64,000 bases of DNA from Octopus sinensis. Lineage: Eukaryota. Below are positions 51,296 to 64,000 of this stretch, in pieces; within the stretch, counting starts at the first letter, position 1; every line of letters begins with the position of its first letter. Position numbers and translations under genes: made by a program. The DNA lies in NCBI RefSeq assembly GCF_006345805.1, contig NC_043019.1, forward strand, positions 6,137,360 through 6,201,359. The letters are read 5' to 3'. The notes below the pieces were generated by a model. That model saw only the letters and a list, made by a program, of their open reading frames with translations, had not been told where the DNA came from and did not search any database.

Positions 51296-52455
51296 GTGTG
51301 CGTGCGTGAGTGTGTGTGTGTGTGTGTGTGTGGTGTTTGATGGGTTGTGCGACACAGAAAGTGTGGTGTGTAAGTGAAGTGCTTTTGTTAGTGTGTGTAA
51401 AGAGACAGAGAGAGTGAAAGACAGAAATAACTGAATTTTTTTTATTCACTTTTTGTAGTGAGTGACTGAGAGAGAAAAGAGAGAGAGAGAGATTATGTAT
51501 GTATATATGTATGTATGGCTTCAGTGACACACACACACAAAAACACATACCTACGTACACCTAAAGCACGCACACACACACACACACACACAAGCGGAGC
51601 GCGAACTTCAAAATTTTGGTAGTATTAATTTGCGAGCGTACTTCTAAGCGCGCGTAATTGAAAGTTTTCACTATGATATCATCACGTGCGAAAAAATTCG
51701 AAGGGTTTTGAACAATTGAGATACAGATGTCACGCCTGTATTGAAACCATTGCTAAGCTGCCGTAATTGCTTAATTAAGACTTTGTTTAATTGAAAGGGG
51801 CAAATATGTGACGAGGTTGAAAAAAAATACCCCAGAAAAAAAATGTACTGCTGGTATTTATATAATTCACTACTATTTTGCTACAATGTCATGAAAAAGA
51901 AAAAATTTAGGTATGTACAACATATATTATACATTTTTTCTATTCATTCAACGAAAATAAAAAATCGAATTCGCCACCCCCTTTTCCCCGTTCGCGTTTG
52001 TGTAAAAAAAATTATTATTTAAGTTTTAAAAATTATTTACTTTGTTCAAAAAATATTAATATTAATTAATTTTCAAGAATTATTTAATTTTATTCTGTAA
52101 AATAGTAATTCATTCATTTATCTGTAAATCCGCGAGGTTGTTACTCAGGCACCTAGAAATAGCAGCCAGATTTTTATATTCTAAATAATTGCAATTTCAA
52201 AAATATAAATTTTTTTGCGTTATTTAATTTGATAAATTCTACGGAATAATTTTGCGCGTTATATACGTTCGCGTTTCTGTAAAAAAAAGTAATTATTTAA
52301 GGGCGATCGAGTATCGAGTACCTAGTCTGGCTCGCACGCGCGAATCCGCGTGTGCGCAACCGGGACCACTCTGCGATACAAGTACCCATAATACATCCAT
52401 ACATATATACATGTGTGTGTGTGTCTATGTATGTGTAATTTGTGTGTGTGTGTTA

Positions 52456-52812
52456 TCTCTATATAAAGCTAAAGTTGTCTGTGTGCGCCACGTTTGGTAA
52501 CCTTCAACTAACACTATCTCCTCCGAGACCCTGCGGCGCAAGTTGACCAAAATTGAGAGTATGATAGAAGAAGGGTTGCTCTTCCTTCTGTAGAACATAA
52601 AATTCAAATCGGACCATGTTAACACCAAAAATTATTTACATCAAAAAGCTGCTTTTTTCTATGAAAATCCCTATTTTTTACGATTTTTTCACTGCTGTGT
52701 CGCCACTTTTCGGTGTATTTCGACCAGAAAAATGTTCACAAAATTTTTACTTTTCAAAATTCAATTCCAGCGGGTCGAAACAAACCCGAGCAACGCCGGG
52801 CGATACTGCTAG
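52456..52812 (+). mobile_element. Non-autonomous Helitron (short form of the 6497 family)
   Basis: A|TC ... hairpin CTAG|T. Confidence 0.85.
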
Positions 52813-52825
52813 TATATATATATTT

Positions 52826-53160
52826 CCAATCGAGATTGGTTGTAGGGGATTCTTCACCCTGTCAATATGGAGGATGATTACAGGTGTTGGAATGAGAGGA
52901 AGAGAGCGAAGGGCAGGTGAGCGCAGGATGGGAGAGACAGCAGGCAGAGCCTCTTGCTGGTTACGGAGCAACATAGAGGTGTGAAGCGGGAAACCGGTAA
53001 ATGTTGAGCAATGATCTGTCCACCTTTGCAGAAGCACCAATGGGAGTGTGTCACTGTTCAGGATCGAAACACCCGATGATCGTTGGATACCGTCTGATGA
53101 TATCGGTTCCTCCTGGGCAAAGTTCCATATACACTTTGGTGAATACAAATGAAACACCTT
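52826..53160 (+). mobile_element. Hero-like RLE LINE 3' end
   Basis: PIEIGCRGF...GMRGRERR...GETAGRASCWL resembles the Hero-clade EVGCRGF motif (recalled, not searched). Confidence 0.55.
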
Positions 53161-53182
53161 CTAGATGTTAATTATATATATA

Positions 53183-53217
<35 letters not shown>

Positions 53218-53221
<4 letters not shown>

Positions 53222-53519
53222 CGTGACCACCGTGACCGACCAGGCTATCAGATGTTGCTACACATCGCTGGTCACAATGCGCTTCGCATTGTTTTTAGCC
53301 TTCAAATGACGCCACTCTGCTGGCTAAGCGAGCAGGCTAACAGAAGAAAGAGTGAGAGAAAGTTGTGGGGAAAGAATACAGCAACCACCCGTTGCCGGAG
53401 CCTCGTGGAGCTTTGGGTGTTTTCGCTCAATAAACACTCACAACGCCCGGTCTGGGAATCGAAACCGCGATCCTACGACCGCGTGTCCGCTGCCCTAACC
53501 ACTGGGCCATTGCGACTCC
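53218..53519 (-). mobile_element. SINE family B, tail type 1
   Basis: Matches 2211-2520. Confidence 0.85.
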
Positions 53520-53625
53520 ATATATATAACGTATATATAAAAATTAAAAATTTGTCTAATATAGCAGCATTTTCGAACTTCATTTTTTACAAATATATAC
53601 CCACTCGTATACGAGCTAATCTTAT

Positions 53626-53666
<41 letters not shown>

Positions 53667-53670
<4 letters not shown>

Positions 53671-53987
53671 GAAATGAAGAAAATGCTGACAAAATAATTT
53701 AAGTAAGGGAGAGTGTATTTAATTAGGTGAAAGTTCTTTTTACCGGTTGCGCATTTGTTATGCTTATCAAAAGATATTTTGTTAAGAGAGATGGAGTTCC
53801 TTTCTGATAGATTTTTTTCTCTTATCAGATAAGAGAAAAAAATCTATCAGAAAGGAACTCCATCTCTCTTAAAACAATATCTTTTGATAAGCATAACAAA
53901 TGGGCAACCGGTAAAAAGAACTTTCACCTAATTAAATACACTCTCCGTTACTTAAATTATTTTGTCAGCATTTTCTTCATTTCCTTT
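53667..53987. repeat. Near-perfect 321-bp palindrome (160-bp arms, 1-nt centre at 53827)
   Basis: Few mismatches; outer part of the arm also occurs alone at ~44437-44510. Confidence 0.9.
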
Positions 53988-54056
53988 TTTTATATATCAC
54001 AACTCGTGTTCCACATCTCCTTTTTTAAATATATATATATATATATATATGGCAAA

Positions 54057-54128
<72 letters not shown>

Positions 54129-54137
54129 AAACATTGC

Positions 54138-54370
54138 CTATTTCTTTACTACCCACAAGGGGCTAAACACAGAGAGGACAAACAAGGACAGACAAACGGA
54201 TTAAATCGATTATATCGACCCCAGTGCGTAACTGGTACTTATTTAATCGACCACGAAAGGATGAAAGGCAAAGTTGACCTCGGCGGAATTTGAACTCAGA
54301 ACGTAACGGCATACGAAATATCGATAAGCATCTCGTCTGGCATGCTAACGATTCTGCCAGCTCGCCGCCT
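54138..54370 (-). mobile_element. SINE family C
   Basis: Reverse complement of family C. Confidence 0.85.
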
Positions 54371-54605
54371 TATTGCCGACTACACATACTTCACGTGGGC
54401 ACCCACTGTATTTGTCGGTAGGCTACGAGATGGCGTGGTGGAGATTACTCTGTCAAAGCGTTGGGTGTCATGACTATCAAATGTTTTAACATCAGGCGCT
54501 TTGAGAAACTAACCTCCACCGCGCGCAATTCGCAGCCTACTGGCAAATACTAGACGCGCATGCGTTGGATATGTGTGGTCGATAATGTTTATTACACTAC
54601 CGCTA

Positions 54606-54663
<58 letters not shown>

Positions 54664-54906
54664 TATACTTTCGGTACGAATGTTTTTTTATACGGTGCCG
54701 TTTTTACAATCTTGTAAATAATAATAATAGTATTTTTATACAAGCTTAGAGCTTATGGTGATCACCGTACAAAGACTAAGGAAAATAGTCTAATAAAGGG
54801 GCATATAAGCCCTCGACAGAGAAAAGAAGGCTTTCCTATCCGCGTGGGAGTCGGACCCACATTCCTTTGTTAACGCGCGACTAAGTGTGTTATCTTTACA
54901 CCAGCG

Positions 54907-54938
<32 letters not shown>

Positions 54939-54957
54939 CATATATATATATATGTGT

Positions 54958-55007
<50 letters not shown>

Positions 55008-55360
55008 ATATATATATTTATATCTATATATATAAGATATAAGTTAGAGGTGTTTAGCCTTCTAAGGGATAGAAGCAAGCAGAGGCACTCCTGGTAATTA
55101 TCTCACTAATTATGGTCCTTGGTATAAGGTATGCGGCAGCAGGTAATTTCAAAATTTAAACCGTAGTTTAATGTATATATAGACGATAAGAAAAAGAAGA
55201 GAATACAACAAATAGAAGTTATCTTTGGTGCTAAAAAGCCATTATTTAATTAGTTAAGCAAGATAATAAATCTTAGGGTCAAAAAAATTTTAGAAAAATT
55301 CTTTGCTAGCAGTGGTCTAGCGAGAAGAGAAAATTAGTCAATAGACTATATATTATTCAT

Positions 55361-55624
55361 ATACCGTGTACATTTAAACACATAAGAGATGGCCATAACA
55401 GGACATCTGACTCGCTAGAAAGAGTAGTTGAACTACAAACCACAAATAGTTGTATTTTATTTACAAAAGATTGTCTGAAATTATACATAGTCCAGGAAAA
55501 ATAGGGTACTTTGTATTTTTCATCCCCTTTCAGAATTACAACTATTAGTGGTTTGTAGTTTAACTACTCTTTCTAGCGAGTCATATGTCCTGTTATGTCC
55601 ATCTCTTATGTGTTTATATGTACA

Positions 55625-55630
<6 letters not shown>
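55361..55630. repeat. Inverted repeat with 94-bp arms (55361-55454, 55537-55630)
   Basis: Direct comparison; related sequence at ~45738-45885. Confidence 0.8.
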
Positions 55631-55672
<42 letters not shown>

Positions 55673-56029
55673 GAGTGGCATACGAGTGGGTATATATTTA
55701 TAAAAAAGAAGTTTGAAAATGCCACTATATAAGATACATTTTAATTTTGAGAGATTTCACATGTTTCTGTTCTTGAAAAACGAACCTTATCAAAAATATA
55801 TATTTTTAAAAGTTAAGTGTAATAAAAAAAAGTCCATAATTGTTTCTTACTAGTCTCAACAGAGTCCACGTGGTGATGTTTTGTGTGTGGCTGCATAATG
55901 GCTGTCTTGTGCGTTGACTAGAATCGTTAGCTGAAATAGTGAAAGTAATAGTGAAATTATATACATATATCTGAAATTAATTCAAATTATTTATTAATTG
56001 TTATAATGTGAATAGTTAATATTTAATAG

Positions 56030-57028
56030 ACATGCTCTTTGCATTTTTGAATGCAAGGATCCTATTAGGCTTGTTACTGATCAGATTATTAATATTCGAT
56101 TGCAGAATTTCTTGCCAAGATCTGACTTTGAAGATGTTTTTATTAATATTCGATTGCAGAATTTCTTGCCAAGATCTGACTTTGAAGATGTTTTCTTGTT
56201 CTTTCTATGAAGTGACCAGTCCACTTATGCGCCAGGGGTGTTCGATAGGGTTCATAACTGGTGACTTGCTTGGCCATAGAAGCTTTTTAATGTCATTCTC
56301 ATTCAACAAATCTTGGGTCATTTTAGCCGTATTTTCCAGAAATAAAGTCTTCTTCAATCATTTCACCACATGAGAAAATTTGAAGAGTTCTTTCTGCAAT
56401 ATGGACACATATTTATCTGAGTTTATGTTTCTCTCACACACCGCTCTGATCAACCATTGCTCGAAGTTGCTCCCCAGACCATCATAGAATAACTGTTATG
56501 TTTCATTGTTGGCTACAATCTTTACACATCAAATTCTTGATCACAGTCTCCAGACCCACACTCAACCACTGTCAGGAAATACAGCAAACCTGGACTCATC
56601 AGAGACTATGACAGCGCCCCAAAATACTATTGGCCTCTCCACTATCTCAGTGGCCCAATCTTTTCTCCGCTTGACGTTGGCTGGTCGAAGAAGTGGCTTC
56701 CTTCTTGCTGCTCTGCCATAATAACCAAGTTTGTGGAGATACCTGACAGCTGTTCTGGGACTGACATCAACTTGTTCTGCTATGTCAGAGGCCTTGCAAC
56801 GAGGATTATCCTCCACACTTCTTCTCACAAAGAGAAGGGTCCTGTCAGAGGGCCCTGGTTTATTTGGACAAGCTGATGGTTACTCTTTCCCCTCTCTGTT
56901 AACTGCAGAAAGCGGGATCCCAAGGTTATTCTGCGATTATACGCTGTCAATGTCCGCCTTCAGAATGACCTACAATGCGGCCTCTTTCAAATTCAGACAG
57001 TTTCAAAGCTTCTTTTTGTACATGGCAT
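56030..57028 (-). pseudogene. Tc1-family transposase relic
   Basis: EFERGRIVG; VSPRTAVRYLHKLGYYGRAARRKPLL; VSDESRF; MMVWG; WPSKSPVMNPIEHPW; ~54-bp tandem duplication near the 3' end. Confidence 0.9.
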
Positions 57029-57642
57029 AATTAAACTGTCACATATAGAACCTAAAATATAAAAATGTTAATTAATAAAGAATATAAACCTTTACAAGTT
57101 ATAATAAACGATGTCTATTTACTTCTGTTATGTCTATGTATATATGAAACAACTCACATACTGGACTAAATCATTGAACCTGAGGCTAGTTTCAAATCAT
57201 GGCATGTTTAACCTTAATATTTAATTTTTTTTTCATTTTTTTCAGCGAAAAAAATCATTTTTAGAACGTACATTTACAGTATTTTCATTCATAGATCAAT
57301 TTGAACATGATTCATTCTCAGGCGTCTTACTTCCGAAAGTTGTTAGGTTTTAGTTTAGAAATCATGTTCCTGTTTCAAATCCAAGCTCTCTATTTTGTGT
57401 ACAAGCAAGAATAAAGGATTTTATGACGATTACCAAGAAAATCCAATTACAACATAAATATATACCACCGTCAGGGATCATGAGTCGGTAGCTTACTTCC
57501 CTTTATATTTTAGATATACTGGTACGTGTTTCGAAACCTGTCTACGATACTGTACACATCCTAGAATCAGCAATTTGAAAATGATAGAATACCAAACTTA
57601 CCTATTCATCATATAATTGCAAACATTATTAAATATACATCA

Positions 57643-57860
57643 AAACGGCGAGCTGGCAGAATCGTTAAAACGCCAAGCAAAAATGCTTAGCGGCATTTCG
57701 TCCGCTATGACATTCTGAGTTCAAATTCCACAGAAGTCGACTTTCCCTTTAATTCTTTCGGAGTCGATAAATTAAGTACCAGTGGAACACTGGGGTCGAT
57801 GTAATCGACTAGTCCCCTCTCACAAAGTTTCAAGCCTTGTGCCTTCAGTAGAAAGCATTA
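57643..57860 (+). mobile_element. SINE family C, diverged
   Basis: aaacggcgagctggcagaatcgtt head and core motif. Confidence 0.8.
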
Positions 57861-57977
57861 TTAAATAAACTCTTTAGATGCACCTTATATTTTGAGAAAT
57901 TGTGATATCAAATTTGAAACATTTATGATTATTAACTTTTGATATGGAATAAAATTAATGAATCGGGGAAATTTGCC

Positions 57978-58200
57978 TTCATATGCCTTCTTGGTAATTC
58001 CTCTGTAGCAATCCATAATACTTTTGTCTTGGTACTTCCTCTGTAGCAAGTTATAACATTATTTTATAACTTTACATATAATTTAAAATATAATTTGATT
58101 TTGTATTATGAACTATATTTGGATTACCGGAAAATATAATGAATTTTATACAAAACTATTATGGATTGCTACAGAGGAATTACCAAGAAGACATATGAAT
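57978..58200. repeat. Inverted repeat with 41-bp arms
   Basis: 57978-58018 versus 58160-58200. Confidence 0.8.
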
Positions 58201-58834
58201 TTCAAGATTCTCATACTAAAGTAAATGCAAATTCCCCATTTCTAAACTAACTATATGAACTATATTTGGAATACAAGATAATATAATGGATTTTACATAT
58301 GAATATTATGGATTATTGCAGAAGAATAACCAAGGAAATATATAAGGATTTAAAGACTCTCATCAAAAGCAGAAAATTTTAATTTATATTTCAAACAAAC
58401 ACCATTTTACAGTTTTACTTCAAATTAAAAAAAAAATATCATTCGATGTGTTATACAAAATTCATTTTTTTTATATCTCTGAAGAGCAGAAGAGTTGTCT
58501 ATAAATTCTTATCAATATAGGATTTCATTATAGGGACAACTCTTCTGTGAAACGATCGTATGATGCTTTAAATAATTAATTCAAAACTTTTAAACTGTCA
58601 TATACATTATATATTTATACTTATATATATTTACATATATTTTTATACATATTTATATTTATTTATTTATATATTTTTAATACAACAATTATTTTCAGAC
58701 GTGAATATCTTTCTGTTCGGCATGTTGGTACAGAATCGATGAGCTTTTACCTTCCTTAAGTTCTCTCCAATGATCATTTACCCGCTCTCCTATGCTTCGT
58801 GCCGTTTCCCCTACGTATGTCGTTGTCTTGTTAC

Positions 58835-59500
58835 AGGAACACGGGGGAATCAATCAACAACATAGAAGTTAAAATATTGTCCACACATAGAACAGATGCA
58901 ACAATCAGACAAATTACAGAAGCTACACACATAATAGAAGATGAACCTAGCCTGAATAGGAAACTGGAATGGAACACTAGCACACATCACAACATATGAC
59001 AGTAGAGGATCCCCATAAACTGGTTACAATATAAACAAAACCGAAAACATAGTAAATAAAATACACAGATAAATAAACAAATGGAAATAAATAACTATAT
59101 AAGTTTTTTTTTTTTATTTAAAATATTTATTTATTATTATTATTATTATTACTAGTATTGTTGTTATACATACATACATACATACAAGCATACGTAATGA
59201 TAATAATAATAAGTGGATGTAAACACATGAACAAAATAAGAGTAAACAAAAACAACAACAACAAAAACAAATTACACGAACGTATATAAACAGAAGATAC
59301 AAATATTACAGGCATCCCCCCCACACACACACTAAATAAACATAGACGCACATAGAGATATAAGCATGCGCATCTGAAGACATACAATAGAAATACAAAA
59401 TGGTTGACGGTTAGTAAGGAGAGACACAAATAAGAAAGAAGAAAACAAAGAACCACTGATGCGGTCACAGGAGTGTGACGAAAGAACTCTGGCCGAAATA
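58835..59500 (+). mobile_element. Penelope-like 3' end (GIY-YIG C-terminus and pseudo-LTR-like tail)
   Basis: IEVKILSTHRTDATIRQITEATHIIEDEPSLNRKLEW; hammerhead-like motif downstream. Confidence 0.65.
59453..59492 (+). ncRNA. Degenerate minimal hammerhead (A9 to C)
   Basis: cca-CTGATGC-g-gtcaca ggag tgtgac-GAAA-gaac-TC-tgg. Confidence 0.45.
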
Positions 59501-59600
59501 AGATTAATGTAAAAAATAAATAACACTGAAGCAAAATAACACCAAATATATAGTGCGTGTGTTTTTATTGGCTAAACTGGCAAAATGACCATTCCGAAAT

Positions 59601-59650
<50 letters not shown>

Positions 59651-59810
59651 TAAAGTTTGCGTTGTGTTATGTTGACAGACTTTCACTTAAAATTTCCGCG
59701 TTTTTAAGCAAAATTTTAGTTACTAAGATGACAACACTACTTATTTGTCTATCTTTCCCTCACACACACATACAGACACATACACGCACACATAAACACA
59801 CTCTCTCTCC

Positions 59811-59844
<34 letters not shown>

Positions 59845-60272
59845 ACTGTATTTCTTTCTCTTCCCTTTGTTCCCTCTCTCTACACAGATATTGTTACGAG
59901 CAGGCAGACAGACGGAGATCAGCCTCCCTTTTTTAATATGAGATTTGATTGGATCATGGTCCCGTTCTAGAAGGCTTTAAGTTCAGTTGAGGCTAGAAAT
60001 TAAGAATATAGCATTTCGACACCTTACCTCTTCTATAAAGCAGTGTTGTCAATCATTTGAAAATCAAGACTTAGAAAAGTTACATTCTTCAATTTTCACA
60101 ATCATTACACGAATAAAACACACGTTTCTATTCCTCCACTCCACACATCTATCATTATTTTACATTCCACACTCAAGTCGAGGCATGTTACTTTTCCTTC
60201 TTCAACTACCAACAACTGGAGCCGATACCAACAAGTAGAGCTTATATATAAGATCGACTATAATATACATAT

Positions 60273-60790
60273 GGAGGCGCGTGGCTTAGTGGTTAGGGTG
60301 TTGAACTCATGATCGTAAGGTTGTGGTTTCGATTCCTAGACCGGGCGACACGTTGTGTTCCTGAGCAAAACACTTCATTTCACATTGCTCCAGTCCACTC
60401 AGCTGGCAAAAGTGAGTAATCCTGCGACGTCTAGGTGGGGAATTTCTAAGTCACTGAAACCGGGAAACCGGCCTTTATGAGCCCGGCATGGCTCGAAGAG
60501 TGGAGGCACATGGCCTAGTGGTTAGAGCAGGGATCGCGCGTTCGAATCTCAGACTGGGCGATGTGTGTGTTTATGAGCGAATCACCTAAGCTCTACACAC
60601 GGCTCCGGCAGAAAGTAATAGCGAACTTCTGCTGACTCTTTTGCCACAACTTTCTCTCACTCTTTCCTCCTGCATCTTGCAGCTCACCTGTGAGACGGAC
60701 TGGCGTCCCATCCAGGTGGGGAACCTATAAGCCAAGGAAACCGGGAAACCGGCCCTTATGAGCCAGGCGTGGCTCGAGAAGGAACAAACA
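60273..60790 (+). mobile_element. Head-to-tail SINE dimer, both with type 3-like tails
   Basis: Heads at 60273 and 60502; both end gaaaccgggaaaccggcc...atgagcc. Confidence 0.8.
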
Positions 60791-61178
60791 TAATATAGAC
60801 GATGAAACTACAGCATGTCAGTAGTTCGCTGGTTTAAATTAATAAAGATATAAAAGGAGGAGAACTCGCTTTTGCTGTTGTTCTTTCCAATAAATCACTT
60901 CATCGGTTTGGAACGTAAATTCCAGATTTTATGTTTCCACAACGCGGTTTTGAGTGACGCAGACATTTTAACTTAAGAATCCAACAACTGCTAAAGACAA
61001 ACTGCGCGATGTATATATACACTTACACACACACGTGCATATATATATATGTGTGTGTATGTGTGTGTGTATGTATAAATATATATATATATACATATAT
61101 ATATATACATATATATATATACATATATGTACATATATATATACATATATGTGCATATATATATATATACATATATAT

Positions 61179-61244
<66 letters not shown>

Positions 61245-61464
61245 CGTACGTATGTATGTATTATTATGTATGTATGAACATATTCACAGGCACATATGCA
61301 TTTACGCATGTCTATGAATATTTTAGAGAAAATACTGAGTTTTCTCTTCCAATATTTATATAAATATATATACACATATAAATATGCATAGCGAGAGAGA
61401 TGGATAGATATATATATACATGCATGCATGCATGTAGGCATGCATACATACATACATACATACA

Positions 61465-61497
<33 letters not shown>

Positions 61498-62195
61498 TTA
61501 TGTTATATTCACTTAAATCTGGTCCCAAAAGCTAAGCGTATAAATGCATCTTAGAGAAAATATTTTTACCTTCGAAACGCACATTGATTTTTACTTAAAC
61601 TCAACGAAGCAAAGGTCAGTTAATTTTACTAAAAAGTGTAAAAGAAATATTTTAATGGCTGTATCGATTTTTTTTTTATTATTCTTATTTAATCTAATTC
61701 TTTATTTTTTTTTCGTTATAATAAATAAATTTGTCTAAAATAAAAAGTTGATGAATATACTTAAGCATTATATTTCGTATAAAAATCTCGAACAACAAAT
61801 AAAATCTTTACTGAAAAAAAAAACTTCCCTCGTTCTATGTTTTACAACCAAGTCGTAAATATGAAAATGAAAAAACATCAACAGTTCGTCAAAGAGGAAG
61901 TTTGGATTTTTATTTGATTCTTTTCCAATTCCTGTATAATTTTTCAAGATTTCTTTTCTTTCTACTCCGTCAAAGGAATTTGATGCACAGAAGTATATCC
62001 AGGTGATATTCTTACGATCCATTTCTCGATTATCGATTTTGATTAAGTCTGAGTTCACGATCAACAATGGATGCTTGAGAAGTTGTGTTTCTATCAAGAA
62101 TCTTTGAGATGACAGGAATGTAGTCAGTATTTTACATAACGTGGGACTCCATTTCTTGAAAGAAAATTGTTTTAACTTTTGACTTCATTAAGTGT

Positions 62196-62505
62196 TTGGA
62201 GGTTATTACATATTAAGAGATATTACATTTGGGCTATTATGTATTCCAAGTTATTATATACCTGGAGTTATTACATATTTGGTGTGATTACATATTTGGG
62301 ATCATTAAATATTTAGGATTATTACATATTTGGTGTTATTACACTTACGGAGTTATATTTTTTGGTGTTATTTCATATTTGGGGTCATTACATATCTAAG
62401 GTTATTACATATTGTGGATCATTAAATGTATGGGATTATTATATATTTGGGATTATAACATATTAGGCGTTATTACCTATAAGGGGTTATTATGTATTGG
62501 GGCTT
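62196..62505 (+). repeat. Degenerate minisatellite, ~17-bp unit (ttattacatatttggg)
   Basis: Roughly 18-20 imperfect copies. Confidence 0.85.
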
Positions 62506-62871
62506 AAAGATTATCTTCAGTAAAGATCATTTTGTGTAAAGGTTAGCTTGAGTAAAGATTATCTTGAATAAAGCTTTTGCCAATTTTTCTATGACACAGT
62601 ATTCAAATCATCGATTATCGCTAATCTTCGCAGTGCGGTTTGTATCAAATGACAAACAGTTCGCTCTCTTTGTTGTTAGCTTAACATTACAAATGTAGCA
62701 TCTAAAGTCAACAACGCGAACTGATTGGTCTTATTGAAGAAATCTGTAGCCGCATTTGTAAGCAATTCTTCATTGCAAAAATCAGGTTATTTTAACATTC
62801 CTACAAAAGTTCTCTTGTAGTTTTCAGTGAACTTTAAAAATTCCTGAACTAAAAATACAGGATAAGTAGTT

Positions 62872-63830
62872 GGGTTGGCTGAAAAGTTCATAGGCTGTCC
62901 AAGATACTCTCATGGAATGTGACCAAATGCGGTTTATTTTCCAACATAGTTCCCGTTGCTGTTCGCACACTTCTTCCATCGTTGTTGCAGTGCTTGGATC
63001 CCTTTGGCAAAGAAGCTTTCATTCTGTTGGTCAAAAAAATCATTAATAACGGATATGACGTCATCATCACTGTGACCCTGATTCTCAGCCAACATTTTTC
63101 ATATTGAAGAACAGATGATAGTCAGATGGGGAGGGGTGATCAACCAATTCAAAGCCACTGTTATGTATGGCAGCCATTGAAATCAAGTTCTTGTTGTGAT
63201 GAAGCAAGACCAATTTCGTCAGTTTTCCTGGGTGTTTTGTCTTGATATCCTTTCGTAACTACCTCAGAAAGTTGGCATAGTACTCTCCATTGATGGGGGT
63301 GGGTTTTTTAGACCCCCTAAAATTCAAACCAAGCAAATATACTGCATCATATCCGCCCTTATGCATTGAATCTAAGTTCCAAATATCATAAGGATCCATT
63401 CAGTAATTTTGGTCCATGAAACATTACTAAAATTTGGGGGTTGAGTTCCCGTTAGGGCGTCTTAGAATCATCCAAAGAAATTGAAATTTGGGGTATATTT
63501 TTAAAATTTATTTCTAATACCCATGGTTCAAATTTCATCAAAATCCGAACAATAAACACTATGCATTTTGCGTACCAAAAGGCTGAAGCCATCACCTTCC
63601 TTGCAGATGAAATGACCTTAGCCTCCTTCGTCGGGAAGTGAAGAGGGATGTTACCACTGCTTGTATTGTCTCTTTGTCTCTGGCACAAAATGGTGAACCC
63701 AACACTCATCCTGTCTTAGGAAACGTTCCAGATTTCCATGACATGATCAGGTGTCAGAAGACGTGGCACCCACTGAGTAGAAAGAAGCCTTAGTCTTGCC
63801 AAGTTCATTGTGCATTATCTCAACTCTTTC
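62872..63830 (-). mobile_element. Mariner relic with an unclassified insertion at ~63295-63560
   Basis: QDECWVHHFVPETKRQ; SSARKVMASAFW; INGEYYANFL; GFELVDHP; KGIQALQQRWKKC; TIR-like gggttggctgaaaagttc. Confidence 0.85.
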
Positions 63831-63872
63831 AGAGTCCAATGGCATTGACTACTTTTATTTATAATCAATCAC

Positions 63873-64000
63873 CTATTTCTTTACTACCCACAAGGGGCTA
63901 AATACAGAAGGGACAAACAAGGACAGACTAACAGATTAAGTCGATTACATCGATCCCAGAGCGTAACTGGTACTTATTTAATCGACCCCGAAAGGATGAA
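63873..64000 (-). mobile_element. SINE family C 3' part (runs off the window)
   Basis: Reverse complement of the family C tail. Confidence 0.8.

Noticed and set aside
51600-52200. Enhancer-like unique sequence
   Set aside because: It begins with a motif seen in the Helitron body at ~49315, so it may be Helitron interior
55055-55145. Possible small exon ending AAG|GTATGC
   Set aside because: Weak acceptor, unrecognised peptide and no neighbouring exons

Overview
AT-rich eukaryotic DNA saturated with microsatellites and decayed mobile elements. The SINE repertoire and (TA)n density suggest an octopus-like cephalopod genome (inference). I recognise no host protein-coding gene, tRNA, rRNA or CRISPR array, and nearly all listed ORFs are microsatellite translations or transposon relics. 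Contents: at least five tRNA-derived SINE families; two hAT-Charlie/Buster relics; Tc1 and mariner relics; many non-autonomous Helitrons sharing one 3' end; a solo LTR; Penelope-like (PLE) RT and GIY-YIG relics; RTE and Hero-like LINE ends; a 9-kb nest of R4/Dong-like RLE LINEs in (TAA)n tracts; and a 100-N gap with nearby inverted duplications. The most notable signal is eight unrelated minimal type-I hammerhead ribozyme-like motifs, folded by eye, in PLE-like repeats. Two of them replace the C3-G8 core pair with compensatory U3-A8 and G3-C8 pairs, and one sits in a retrozyme-like tandem unit. Element boundaries were read by eye and may be off by a few bases. No database search or folding program was run.
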